A stretch of 64,000 bases of DNA. It comes from Marsupella aquatica. Lineage: Eukaryota; Plantae; Marchantiophyta. The stretch's first letter is position 1, and every line of letters begins with the position of its first letter. The position numbers and the translations under genes were made by a program. Under the pieces are notes generated by a model that worked only from the letters and a program-made list of their open reading frames with translations, was not told where the DNA came from and did no database searches. Location of the stretch: the NCBI GenBank assembly GCA_973895155.1, contig OZ316892.1, positions 11,348,238-11,412,237 of the forward strand. The letters run 5' to 3'. Shown piece by piece: positions 25,701-37,930 of this stretch.

Positions 25701-27031
25701 GCTCCATTGATGACCATTTGAATCCAACACACCGAGTGAAATCAGATTCTTACGCATGCCAGGTACATACCTGACTCCGGACACTGTGCGCACAGCGCCA
25801 TCAAACATTTGAATCTTCACAGACCCAATTCCCTCAATTTGACAGGAGTGATCATTTCCCATCAGAACTGAACCGTTTGAAATAGAGTAAGAACTGAAAA
25901 ACTCACGAATGTATCAAATATGAAAAGAGCAAGCACAATCAAGAATCCACACATCATCTGCTCTCCTAGATGACGTGCACAGGGCATACCCCCGGCTTCA
26001 TAAAACATACTCATCATTGAGTAAATCAGCTTCTCCATCAGCCCTAGTCACATTTGCCGATGAAGTTTCCGCTGCCTTTCCCTTACAGTCTCGCTTGAAG
26101 TGTCCAACTTGGTTGCACTTCCAACATGTCACCTGCCTCCTCTGAGGGGATTTACCCTTGGACTTAGATCTGGATTTAGATCTAAACTAGGTTCTACGGT
26201 CCCCAGTTGGTCACTGCATACCCCTCCCACGGTTAACATTGAGGGCAGCACCAGATGATAAAGGCTGTGATGTGATGTGCATCTTCTGCTGAAGATCATC
26301 ACTAAGCAGAGAACTTACCACGTCATTGTATGAAATGGTATCCCTATCACGATGCAACAACACTCGTGATAGGGACTGGTAAGATGAAGGCAATGAACTA
26401 AGAAGCTGCAGAGCCTTCGTCTCATCATTCAAAGTCTCCCCAAGGTTTTCCAAGTCAACGACCATGTCGTTGAAAGCATCCACATGGTCTTGCAACTTTG
26501 TACCGGATTCCTTCATCCTGAAACTCATGAGTTTGTAGGAAGTGTAGAGCCGGTTCGACAACTCCTTGCTGTGATACTTGCTCTGCAATTCCGCAAACAA
26601 GGACATGCAATCCTTATGTGCACCCAACTGCTTGATGATGGGAGGCATGAGATAGAGTGTAACACACCACACTCCCTGCTCCTGCATGTGGTCCCATTGT
26701 TTCTCATCAACATCGTCTTACGAGGGCTCAGCAGTTGGCCCATCCCTGACGCATAAAGCACTCCCTTCACCTACTTCTCCCATAGCAAGTAGTCAGAGCG
26801 CTCATCATACTTTGTCACTTCATACTTGGGTCCCCCAAGCTTGAAAGTCCCCATCTTCTTCTTTACCGTGAGCTCCGGTAGTAGTACTGCTTCCTCCACC
26901 ACACGCCGCACCGGTGATGGTATCGGTGTCACGTGCTCTTCCTCCTGCTCCTCTCTCTGCCCCTGAAACCTCCGCGGTGATCCTCGTGCTTCAAGTTCCA
27001 CGTCTTCAAAAAACTCCTCCGAATCACTCAT
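22725..27031 (-). pseudogene. Copia #1 gag-pol: disrupted Gag/PR, open INT-RT-RNaseH (22725-25367)
   Basis: Zinc knuckle CWKCNQVGHFKRDC, protease WILDCACSFH, LWHSRLGH, integrase RSDNGGEY / PQQNGVAER, RT KARLVAKGFTQ and YVDDML, RNaseH DSDY / EAEY. Stops at ~26771, 26211, ~26187, 25998, ~25914 and 25434, and a frameshift near 26720. Confidence 0.93.
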
Positions 27032-28444
27032 ATGAGAAAGTCACAAAAAATGTTGTTTTTCACAACTTCTCAAAAAACTCAAAACTCAACACCGCCGCGT
27101 AGCCCACAAAGCTAGGAGTCCAATACTGAAAACCAAAATCAAAATCGAAATTTGACGGAAAAGTTATTCAAATTTCGGTCGAGGTGGGTAAAACCTTGGG
27201 AAACTCCCCCGTTTTGACCACCTCAGGGAATAACCGAAATACCAAGTACAACCCGTTGTCGGAATTGCGATGTGATTGGTGCGCTGCATTGCCAACTTCA
27301 ATGGCTACAACCTCGCCGAAAAATAACCAAAAAAGTTACCGTTCGGCGGATGAAATCTTTGTCGGACGGTCAAAAAATAGCTCTCTGGTTTTTTGGAATA
27401 TTCTATGACCCTTGTACAGGCCCTGTGGGAATTTTGGAAGAACAATCGAGGGGCTGACATGTGTCCTCGAACCCCCAAAACCCCCTACCACCTTTCGTCG
27501 TCGAAATCTGGTCGCGCGCGCAGAAAATACACACGGCAGAATGTACCCCTTGACACCAAATGCAAGATATCTCACTCGGGTTTTGACGAAATCAAGATCC
27601 GATTTCAGATTTGGAAACTAGACTCCGAGGCGATGAAGATCGATATAAGAAGCACCCAAAACGAGGAAAGAACAAGGGAGAAAAAAATTGGTAAAGATGA
27701 CAGATTTCTCTCAATTACCATAGCCAATTTTGAATCAGTTTTTCAAAGAGAAAAAAATGGTACCTTGTCAACAATGAATGTTGATCAATTGCACTTGGTG
27801 CCGTCACCAAGTCCAACAAGGTAATTGATTTTGCTTAGCCTTCCTCTTTGCATCAAAGAGCCAATCCCGGACTCAAAAACAATCGTCTTGCCTCAATCTC
27901 TCCGTTGAGTCAAAACACTTGACGCTTCTCCCTCCGAGTCGATTGCCAACTTTCTTCACAAAATCCAGAACGACAAAAACTTAGATCTCTCTGCACCACG
28001 AGCTCCATTCAACGATTTCTTCACACCGTTAGAAAGCTCTTGCCCTGATCTATCCATTGAGCCCATAAACTCCAAGTTCCATGCGATGGAACTCTGGAAA
28101 ATCCACCAACACTCAACGCTGGAAAAACCGTCATGAAATCCCGTCACGAACACACGTCACCTCCCAAGCATGCTCTGATACCAATTGTTGAGCATAGACG
28201 ACGATCGCAACGGCAAGCCCATGAACCATCCAACGCACAATAGTCGACACAAGAGATACGTGGTTCACCTCCTTGAGGCTACGTCTACGGGAACACACAA
28301 GAGAGCTTTACTGAACTCTAAGCCCGTCGGCTATACCGAGTCTCCACAGTGTAAGTTCTCCCTATCTCTCAAGTGGCTCCATAACAATGAGCCTTGGTTC
28401 TACCTCTCCAAGCACACATGCCTCTTATGATATAGTGTGCAACT

Positions 28445-28552
28445 TAGTTGTACCTAACCACATAGTTGTACCTAATCACGTAGTTGTACCTAACCACATA
28501 GTTGTACCTAATCACGTAGTTGTACCAACCCACGTTGTTGTACCAACCACGT
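28445..28552 (-). promoter_or_regulatory. Six 18-bp tandem units with a GTAC core in U3 of the Copia #1 5' LTR (also 22391-22498)
   Basis: TAGTTGTACCTAA(C/T)CAC(A/G) units lie directly upstream, on the element strand, of a TATA-like TATATCATAA at ~28425-28434. The regulatory role is inferred. Confidence 0.55.
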
Positions 28553-29276
28553 CATACCTAACCTAGACGTAAGAGTAAATACCCAACACATTTCTTGTTC
28601 ACTTCTCTCAAGTTTGCACTTTTGCAAAACCTTTGTGTGGTAGGAGGGAGGCATTTGGGTGTCTGGGTCATTTTCTCATCTACTTCTTTCTGGTTTGGAA
28701 GTTAAGTATATTTTTAGTTGTTGGAGGGTGACATTTGCACATTCCAACAGTCATTTCTCATCCACTTCTCTCACAATTGCAGGTTTGAAAATTTTACTCA
28801 TGGCAGGAGGAGGCTTTTATATGTCCACCAACTCTAATCTACTTCTCTCTGGGCTTCTCTCAGATTCTCAGGCTGGCCATATTTTCTCATGGTGGGAGGG
28901 GTATATTTTAGAGCATTGCCGCTACGTGACAAAATTGGATTTGAGAATCACACATGAGTGGCTCTCAGTCGACTCTCAATCATATCTGACAATCCCTCTC
29001 TTTTGGTGGCTATAGTAGTAGGCACATTGCATTCAGTCTAACCTGAAGTGAGGCAAAGGTAGTGGCACTGCAAATTTTGAATTTGAAGAAGAGCAATGGA
29101 GAATTGTAGAAAAAAAATGTATTGATCAGATGCTCCACAGAGTGGGATTAAATACAGGATTGAGTGGCCGAGGCCCCCTTAAGAGTCGGGGGGGAATAAG
29201 AGTAATGTTTGGATTCAAAGACGTGCAACATAGTGTAGAGAAGCAACAACTACGTATGCAGCCTATACAGCCTAAA

Positions 29277-30931
29277 TCTACAACTATAATAAAGAAGCCC
29301 GCCAAAAGTCGTCAATCGTCCTGTTACAAACTCAAATTTGGTGGGAACAAAGCCTGACCATTAGATTTATGTTAGGTTTAATTCTAGCCTTTGATCAGCT
29401 AGAACCAAGTGTCCACCAAAGCAAATAGGACCTTAAGGTACGTATTATAGGTGACAAACTTTTGGTACACATGCATATATTTAATGGAGATACTCAATCA
29501 TTACATGTTAAGAGCATATGTATTTTAAAGGAAATACAGTAGAATTAGGAATATGAAATGAACTAAAATGGATGTATGAAATTGTGAGAATATATTTTTC
29601 AATGGGCATGAACTTAAGTATACATCTTTATCTCACCACAACATTTTTTCTTTCCTTTAGATTTTTTTTCACCTGGCTTGACATCTTTTCCTTGACTCAA
29701 TATCTTTTTTTTTCTAATTTTGCCATCTTTTCTCACCTTCAAATCTCTTCCCCACCCTTGACATTGTTTCTCTCCTTGAGATCTTTCCTTCATCTTTACA
29801 TCTCTTTGTCACCTCACCATCTTTTCTCTCCTTGACAGTTTTTTTTTCATCTCAACTTCTTTTTCTCACCTCGATATTTTTTTTCTCATCGACATCTGTT
29901 CCTCGCTTTTCTCACATCGATATATTTTCCTCATGTTGACATATTTTCTTGCCTCAACATCTTTTGTGCAACGCACAAGCATCGAACTATCTCACCTCAA
30001 CAATTTTTATCTCCTTGACATTTTTTCTCACTTTAACATCTTGCCCTCACCTCTACATCTTGCCTTCATCTCAAAATCTTGCCCTCACTTCAAAATTTTG
30101 CTCACGCCTTGACATCTTGCACTCTCCTCAGCATCTTGCCCTCACCTAGAAATCTTGCCCTCACCTCAACATCTTGCCCTCATCTCAAAATCTTGCCTCA
30201 CCTCGACATCTTGCGCTCATCTTGAAATTTTTCCCTTGCCTCAAAATCTTGCTCTCACCTCAAAATCTTGCTCTCACCTCGAAATCTTGCCCTCAATGAA
30301 AACATTTTGTGCAACGCATAGGCACGGGCATGGGTCATGTCATTGAGGCACAAGTTCTTGCAGGAAAACATCCAGGGACTCTTACATTTATCCCACAGAT
30401 TCCGTTGACATCTGACAGATCACTTGCTTTTTTATTATGTAGGTTCCAATTTCCCATTCGAGTGGCATATGCAATGACCATAAACAAAGCTCAAGGTTAG
30501 ACTTTAGAACATGTAGGGTTACAACTTTCAAAGCCTATATTTAGTCACGGAGGGTTGTATGTAGCAATTTCAAGGGCGACATCTCCTACAACTATTAAGG
30601 TTTTACTTGCGGATTCCGAGGAGGGTCAAGCAAGGTTGACAAAAAATGTTGTATATGATGAGGTTCTTTATTGAATGGGTGAATAAAGTTTGTATCAATT
30701 TGTATTCATCTGTTTGACTTTTTGCCTCAATTATGTATTTGCAATGCACAACCATGTTTGCCTCGCCTCAAAAAGTCTCACCTCAAAATCTTACCCTGAC
30801 CTTCACATCTTGCCCTCACCTCGACATCTTGCCCCCGCCTCAAAATCTTACCTGCACCTTGACATCTTGCCCTTTCCTCGACATCTTGCCTCACTCAAAG
30901 TCTTTCGTGCAACGCACGGGCATGGGGCTAG
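29277..30931 (+). mobile_element. Non-autonomous Helitron E
   Basis: 5' A|TCTACAACTATAATA. 3' hairpin CGTGCAACGCACG then GGCATGGGG-CTAG|T (30928-30932). Internal decayed 3' hairpins at ~29965 and ~30308. CTCACCTC..ATCTTG repeats throughout. Confidence 0.85.
30332..30673 (+). pseudogene. C-terminal fragment of Helitron RepHel PIF1-like helicase
   Basis: [13 protein letters not shown]...FIPQI...[47 protein letters not shown]...TKNVVYDEVL covers SF1 motifs V and VI, with one internal stop. Confidence 0.93.
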
Positions 30932-32959
30932 TCTGACTATATATCCCTTCGCATGGGATTTATCAGGGTATGGTTGTAAATCATTTGATGATTTCGACTT
31001 GTACTGTGAATGGTGTATTTGGCTAAAGAACCATTTTGACACGACCATGATTTGGATCTCGAGAGGGAAATTTCTGGTTTGAATTAAGCACAGAGTACTA
31101 TAGGAGAATGTTGAGAATCAACGTGTCATGAGCAACGGGCTGGGCAACGGGATGAGAAAATGGAGCTGGATTGGAGAATAATCTGTACTAAGCTTGGGTG
31201 TATGCCGATAATAGACCCACAATGCCTCCAAGAAATTCAATTTCCATGTATATATGATGCGGACTTTGGAGGATGATTTCAAGCAAATTGTTGGCATAAG
31301 GTAAATCTTTCCAGCCAGGCAAAAATATAAAAGTGAAAGCCATCCAACAAATATTTTTTTCCTTAATGTAAGGCAACCCAAAATATGGGGAATACACACA
31401 AAGTTTTTTTTATTGTCAAGATATAGAAATTTATCAGTTTGAATGTAGTTTATTTTCATTTATAACTTTAGTCATAACTCTCTACTGTCACTAAAAGTTA
31501 TAGCATTGAGAAAGACGAGTATTGGATATGATTCGAATGTGCCTTAGATAAAAGGCTTTGTGGAGGAGCTTTGAAAATTTGATTGGCTGTTTTCTTTGCA
31601 TAGTTAGTGGGTACCTGTGGATATTTGTAGTCGTCTTCATGGTTCTCAATGTTCACGGTGAGTACTTTTCTTAGACCAATGCCATTTCTATTCCCACTCT
31701 ATATAAACCATCTTATACAGCCACCATGGCGTTTTTCTATTCAATGTGTAGACTGAGATTCATTGTCTTTCTTAGAACACAGTTTTCAACATTGCCACTT
31801 TTTTCTTACCTATCAAAGTTCCTTGTGACTGACAACATCTACTACAACCCCCCTATTGATATATATTCTCATACTGACATTAATGCAATTTCACATTTTT
31901 GCAGGTTGGTATGCATATTTTTTGGATATCTTTCATTCCAATTATGGTGAGCCATCCTCGTAAGAGTTAATTAAACTACAGTGGCACAACAAAAGCACTA
32001 GACAATTAAAGCATTTCATTGGAGAATTTCAAAGTGATATTTCAAATTTTAAGAATAAGGAATCTCTATATATCAAATTAATATATCTAATAAGGAATCT
32101 CTATATATCAAATTTTAAGAATAAGGAATCTCTATATATTCATATATCTCACAAGTTACTGATCTCTGACATGCAGATCAACATGATCATAGGGACCAAG
32201 CTACGACACATCACAACACACTTAGCAGTGCTGGCGTAATTTACATGCTTTCACGTGCTTTCCGTCGTCTGTACCTATAGTGAAGTAGAAATGGCAGCCG
32301 ACCAGTTCTCACAGATTGACAAAGAAAATGTGATGCTCGTTGGTCTACTGATCTACTTCACCTTTGCCATCCCATTCCTTTGATTTGAAGTTGTTGTGTG
32401 GGATTTGAAGTCACTGTTGAACTAAGACGTCATTCGCAACGACCGTACAACCATGACTCATTCCATGCACACGTAGTCGACACAATCTCTACGTGGTTCA
32501 CCTCTTCTCCAAGGCTACGTCCACACGAACACTCAAGCTTTACTTCAAGAGTTGACAAACACACATCCTCTCCCTCTTCCTCAAGTTGCTCTATTACAAT
32601 CAGTAAGCACCACACACCAGCGGCTTACACTAGCCCTGGTATATACAAGGTCACACACGACTAATCTAACCTCAGCTAAGATCCTAACTGTGGTTAGCCT
32701 AAGTGCCGTAACCTATGAGTCACAAGACTAAGAGCAATCCTTAACAAACTCCCCCTTGACTCTAGTCTTGGGGACTGCAATTTCTACTATCCATATGAGA
32801 TACTCAGCGGGAAATTCTAGACAATCACCTAAAACCATAGGTGTCCCCCTAAAAACCATTTAAGGTTAACTAAGGGTTAACTAGAATTAAGCCGTAGCCA
32901 TAACAGGATTGAGTAACCCATATACAGAAATTACATATTGTTAAGTTACTCTACTTGTG

Positions 32960-35900
32960 CTACAAATGCAAAACTTGCAAAGTAGCACGGTGTCTTGAAT
33001 AACTCTCCAAAGGAATCACTTTGGTAAAAGCATCAGCCGGGTTGAGCTTTCCATCAATCTTGACTAGCTCAAACATTTTATCAGACACTGCTTGCCTAAT
33101 AAAATGGTACCTGATGTCAATGTGTTTCACCCTACTATCCATAACCTGGTTAATAGCTAGGTGAAGCGCACTTTGGCTGTCACAATGAAGAGTCATTTTT
33201 CCATGCTCCAATCCCATCTCAGTGACCAACTTATCCAACCAAATTGCTTCCTTTGCTGCTTCTGTTGCTGCAACATATTCTGCTTCTGTAGTAGACTGAG
33301 ATACACACTTCTGCAAGGTAGATCTCCAACTTATGCATCCTCTTCCAAGAGTAAACACATACCCAGTCGTTGACCTCCTTGTTTCCAGACAGCCTCCGTA
33401 GTCAGAATCTACATAGCCAACCAAAGATTTGGTTTTGTTTGATCTACTATCAAACAACAGACCATAGTCTATTGTGCCCTTAAGATACCTGAGAATCCAT
33501 TTCACAGCCTCCCAATGTACTTTCCCTGGATTTGACATGAATCTACTCACTTTGCCCATTGCTAGGGCTAGATCAGGCCTGGTACATGTCATCAAATACA
33601 TTAGACTGCCCACTGCCTTCTCATATGGAACCTTAGTCATCAAACCTCTCTCCACTGGATCCGTGGGGCAGAAAGCCGATGATAACTTGAAATGTGGAGC
33701 CAAAGGAATACTTACTGGTTTACAATATTCCATGTTGAATCTTGCAAGTACCTTTTCAGCATACTTGCCTTGATTCAACCACAACTGTCCAATTTCAAAG
33801 TTCCTCGTAATCTCCATACCTAAGATCCTCTTGGCTTTTCCAAGATCCTTCATTCGGAATTCAGAACTCAATTTTGCTTTGAGTTTGTCAACCTCAGTTT
33901 GATCCTTAGCCACAATCAACATGTCATCCACATAGAGCACCAGAATAAGCAAACCAAACACACCATTCTTGACTGATTTTGTATACATACAAGGGTCATA
34001 CACCATCCTAGTGAATCCTTGTGCAAGCATGAAATCATCAAACCGCTTGTTCCACTACCGAGGAGCTTGCTTCAATCCATACAAGGACTTAAGTAACCTG
34101 CAAACTAAACTCTCTTGGCCCTTCTTCACAAAGCCCAGTGGTTGCCTCATGAAAATTTGTTCCTCCAAGGTGCCATAGAGAAAAGCAGTAATAACATCCA
34201 TTTGATCTAACACCAGATCAAAAAACACAACAAGTTGACACAAAATTCGTATCGTGCAATACTTGGCAACTGGAGAGAAGACCTCATTGTAATCCACTCC
34301 CTTCTCTTGAGTGAATCCCTTGGCAACAAGCCTTGCCTTGTACATCTTGTCTCCTCCATCTGAAAAGTTGTCCTTCAGCTTGTAAATCCACTTGCTATTC
34401 ACCACTTGTTGATCACTTGGCAGCTGCACCAGCTCCCATGTTCTATTGTCACTTAAAGATTGCAACTCCCTCTGCATCGCTGCATTCCATTCATCTTTCT
34501 CGTCTGAAATGCACGCCTCATGATAAGAAGAAGGTTCTCCTTCTTCCAAGATCAGTGCTCTGTCATCATCATCAAGTGCAATGTCAACATCATCTAACCT
34601 TGATGAATCTGTCCATTGTCCATACCTTGTAGGAGCTCGAGTAGTACGTCTCGATTTTCTAGCTGATGATTCTGGTTGATCTTGTTCTGTTGGTTGAATT
34701 TGAGGTATTCCATCAACAGCCTGCTCCTCTTGTTCCATTACCGGAACCAGCTCCATTCTTGGAGCACCTCCTTCATTTATGTCATGAAAACTCTCATGAC
34801 CAATCTCCCCCACAACATGGTCCAGGATAGGAGATTTAGCTTTGTCAGTACGGGAAGCCTGAGCATTCTCCCCCTCCTTTGATGATCTGGATTCATTAAA
34901 GGATACATCTCTACTGACAAGCAACGTACAAGCTTCTGGATCCCAAAGCCTATAACCTTTCACACCTAGTTGATAACCAAGAAAAAGACATTTCTTGGAA
35001 GTAGAATCTAGTTTAGATCGATTCTGCTTAGGTGTGAGAGCATATGCATCACTTCCAAAGACTCTCAAAACCTGATAGTCTGCGTGCCGTCCATACCTCA
35101 TTTCAAACGGCGTCTTGAAATTGATTGCACTTGAAGGAGAAAGATTTACCAAATAAGCTGCTGTATTTATAGCTTTAGCCCAAAATTCATGTGGTAAACC
35201 TGATTGGCTCAACATACTCCTCGATCGCTCCAATAGTGTTCGGTTTAGCCGCTCATAAACACTATTCTGTTGAGGAGTATAAACTGTCGTGAGATGACGA
35301 GTAATCCCTTGCTCTGCACAATATAGTTTAGATTCACTTGAATTGTACTCCCCGCCATGATCTGATCGTAGATATCTCACCTTGGATCCAGTCTGATTCT
35401 CAATTTGGGCTTTCCATTTCTTAAAAGTGCCAAAAACTTCAGACTTGGCATGTAGAAATGTGATCCACACATACCGTGAGTAATCATCAATGAACGTGAC
35501 ATAGTACAATTTTCCAGAAAGTGAGGGAGTTGGGGCTGGACCCCACACATCACTATGTACATACTCAAGTATAGCTTTGGTATTGTGAGTTCCAACACCA
35601 AAGGTTCTCCTATGATGCTTCCCAAGCACACAGTATTCACAAAAATCTAGCTTAGTAGATTCCAAGTTAGAAAGAAGTCCTTTCCTGCGAAGTACCGCCA
35701 AACCCTTTTCACTCATGTGTCCCAATCTGCAGTGCCACAACTGAGTCATCTCGCATTGAGATCTAGTTACATTGGCTTCTTCACAAATCACGTTGCCCTC
35801 CAACAGGTATAGATTCCTGTGCCGCTTACCCTTCATGACAACCTTGCCTCCGGTTGACACTTGAAGAATACCATTAGCAGAACTCCACCGACATCCATTT

Positions 35901-37105
35901 GCTTCCAGCATTCCAAGAGAAATCAAGTTCTTTTTCATGTCAGGTATGTGTCTGACATTACTCACTGTTCGCACAGCTCCATCAAACATCCGAAATTTCA
36001 TGGATCCAATTCCAATAATTTGACAAGGATGATCATTCCCCATCAACACGGAACCGGTTGATACTGAGTAAGAAGTAAAAAACTCTTTCATACAACAAAT
36101 ATGATAGGTACAGGCACAGTCTAAAATCCATTCATCACCGTTGTTACTGGATGAAATGCACAGGGCAACATCTGGATTTCACAAGATTTCATCATCAAGC
36201 AAGTCAATCATATCAACATCAGTGGTTGCGTTCGCTGATGGTTGATGAGTCTGTTTGACTCGACAGTCTCGTTTCATGTGGCCAGGCTTGTTACATTTCC
36301 AGCATATAATTGGTTTCCTTTCTAGAGATTTCTCTCTAGACCTGGATCTAGACTTAGACCGAGCCTTCTCCTTGCCTCTATTCCGTGAGGGGTACGTTTG
36401 TGAAAAGGATCTGTTTTCACCAGTCATCCACTGTTGAGTCCTCCCGCGGTTCATATTCAATGCACTGCCAGATGAAGATGATGTCTGGGCATGACCCAGT
36501 TTCTTCTGTGCATTATCTGACAACAAAGAGCTTACCACCTCATCATATGAAATGGTTTTGAGATCTCTATACAAGAGAACCTACTTCAAACCTTGATACG
36601 ATGGGGGTAAGGAACTGAGAAGAAGCAATGCCTTATCTTCATCTTCCACTCCCTTGCCAAGATTTGACAAATCTACAGCTAGGCTGTCGAATTCATCCAA
36701 GTGATCTCAAAATTTGCCTCCTTCTTTTAGTCTCAAGCTCATCAAGAGAGACTTCTTGTACAACCGATCTGAGGCATCCTCTCGGTAGTACTTCTCTCTG
36801 AGGGCCTTGAATAAGGATACGCAATCCTCGTAGTCGTCCAACTTCTTAATGATATGCGGCTTCAGATACAGCATAGCCGCATTCACAACAATCACTTGCT
36901 CTTGCCTCCATTTCCTCAAGGGGATCTCCTCCTCACTGCTAAACTCCTCCCGAGTCAATAGCAGATGATCTAGGCCCATAGCACGAAGAATTCCCTTAAC
37001 CTGCTTCTCCCATAGCAAATAATCTGTGCGCCCATCATATTTTTCCACCTCAAACTTGACACCTCCAAACTTGGATGCCATCGTTGTCCTCCCAACGTTC
37101 TCCAC
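32960..37105 (-). pseudogene. Copia #2 gag-pol, one reading frame with in-frame stops
   Basis: KFEVEKYDG Gag start, CWKCNKPGHMKRDC, WILDCACTYH, HSDVWGP, RSDHGGEY, YVDDML and RNaseH motifs. Stops at 36707, ~36581, 36179 and 34055, all in the same frame. Confidence 0.93.
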
Positions 37106-37799
37106 GTGCTATTGCTGTGCTACTCCCTATATGCTTTTCCTTCCTTCCTTCGCGTTGACTCAAATCCAAATCATGAAAAAATATCATTTTTCGCAACTTT
37201 CCAAAAAACTTGAAACTTGTCACCGCCACTTAGCCCACCAACCTAGCAAGCCAACGCTGAAATCTGAAATCGAAACCGAGTTCCGACGAAAAACTTTTTC
37301 ACATTTTGGTCAGGGTGGGTAAAACTCAAAAATTCTCCCCCGTTTTGACCACCTCGGGGAATAAGAAAATATCCAAGTACCACCCGTCGTCGGAAATAGA
37401 AATCGAGTGGTGCACCACGTTGCTAGTTTTAGTGGCTACGTTCTCGCCAAAAAAGATCCAAAAAAGTTACCGTTCGGACCTTGGAATCTTCGACTAAAGG
37501 CCAAAAAATAGCTCTCTATTTTTTCGGAATATTCCTTGGACTGTGCAACAGGTCTCACAGGGGGCCGTTCCCCCTGTCCAAGCGGTTAATTTGGTGGGTC
37601 ACCGGGCCCGGGATGCCGCTTAACCAATGAGGAGCCTGGAAAGGATTAAAAAACCGGGCCTAAGGGGGTTTAAGCCCCTTAACACAAAAATACTGTCTTA
37701 AAAAAGGCGCATCCGCGTATAGGCGACGCGTGACGGGCCAGGCAGTGCACAGGAGGCCGGAGAGTCAAAAACCGAGTTAAAATGGGCAGGGATGGAGCT

Positions 37800-37930
37800 G
37801 TGACGGCCAGGACGTCTGGGACGTCCGTGCTGGCTGCGACATCCGCGCCGGCTGCGACGTCCGGGATGGCTGCGACGTCCGCGCTGGCCGGGACGTCCGG
37901 GACGGCCGGGACGTCCAGGACGTCCGCGAT
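37800..37930. repeat. GC-rich 9/18-bp periodic array of GACGTC palindromes in the Copia #2 leader
   Basis: Perfect GACGTC at about 37811, 37820, 37856, 37874, 37892, 37910 and 37919, plus variants. Confidence 0.85.

Larger units (their letters stand above)
22132..28588 (-). mobile_element. Full-length Ty1/Copia LTR retrotransposon #1 (Tnt1/Tork-like), very recent insertion
   Basis: 403-bp TG...CA LTRs at 22132-22534 and 28186-28588, with one mismatch seen. CATTT TSD (22127-22131, 28589-28593). PBS TGGTATCAGAGC (tRNA-iMet) at 28172-28183. PPT next to 22535. Confidence 0.97.
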
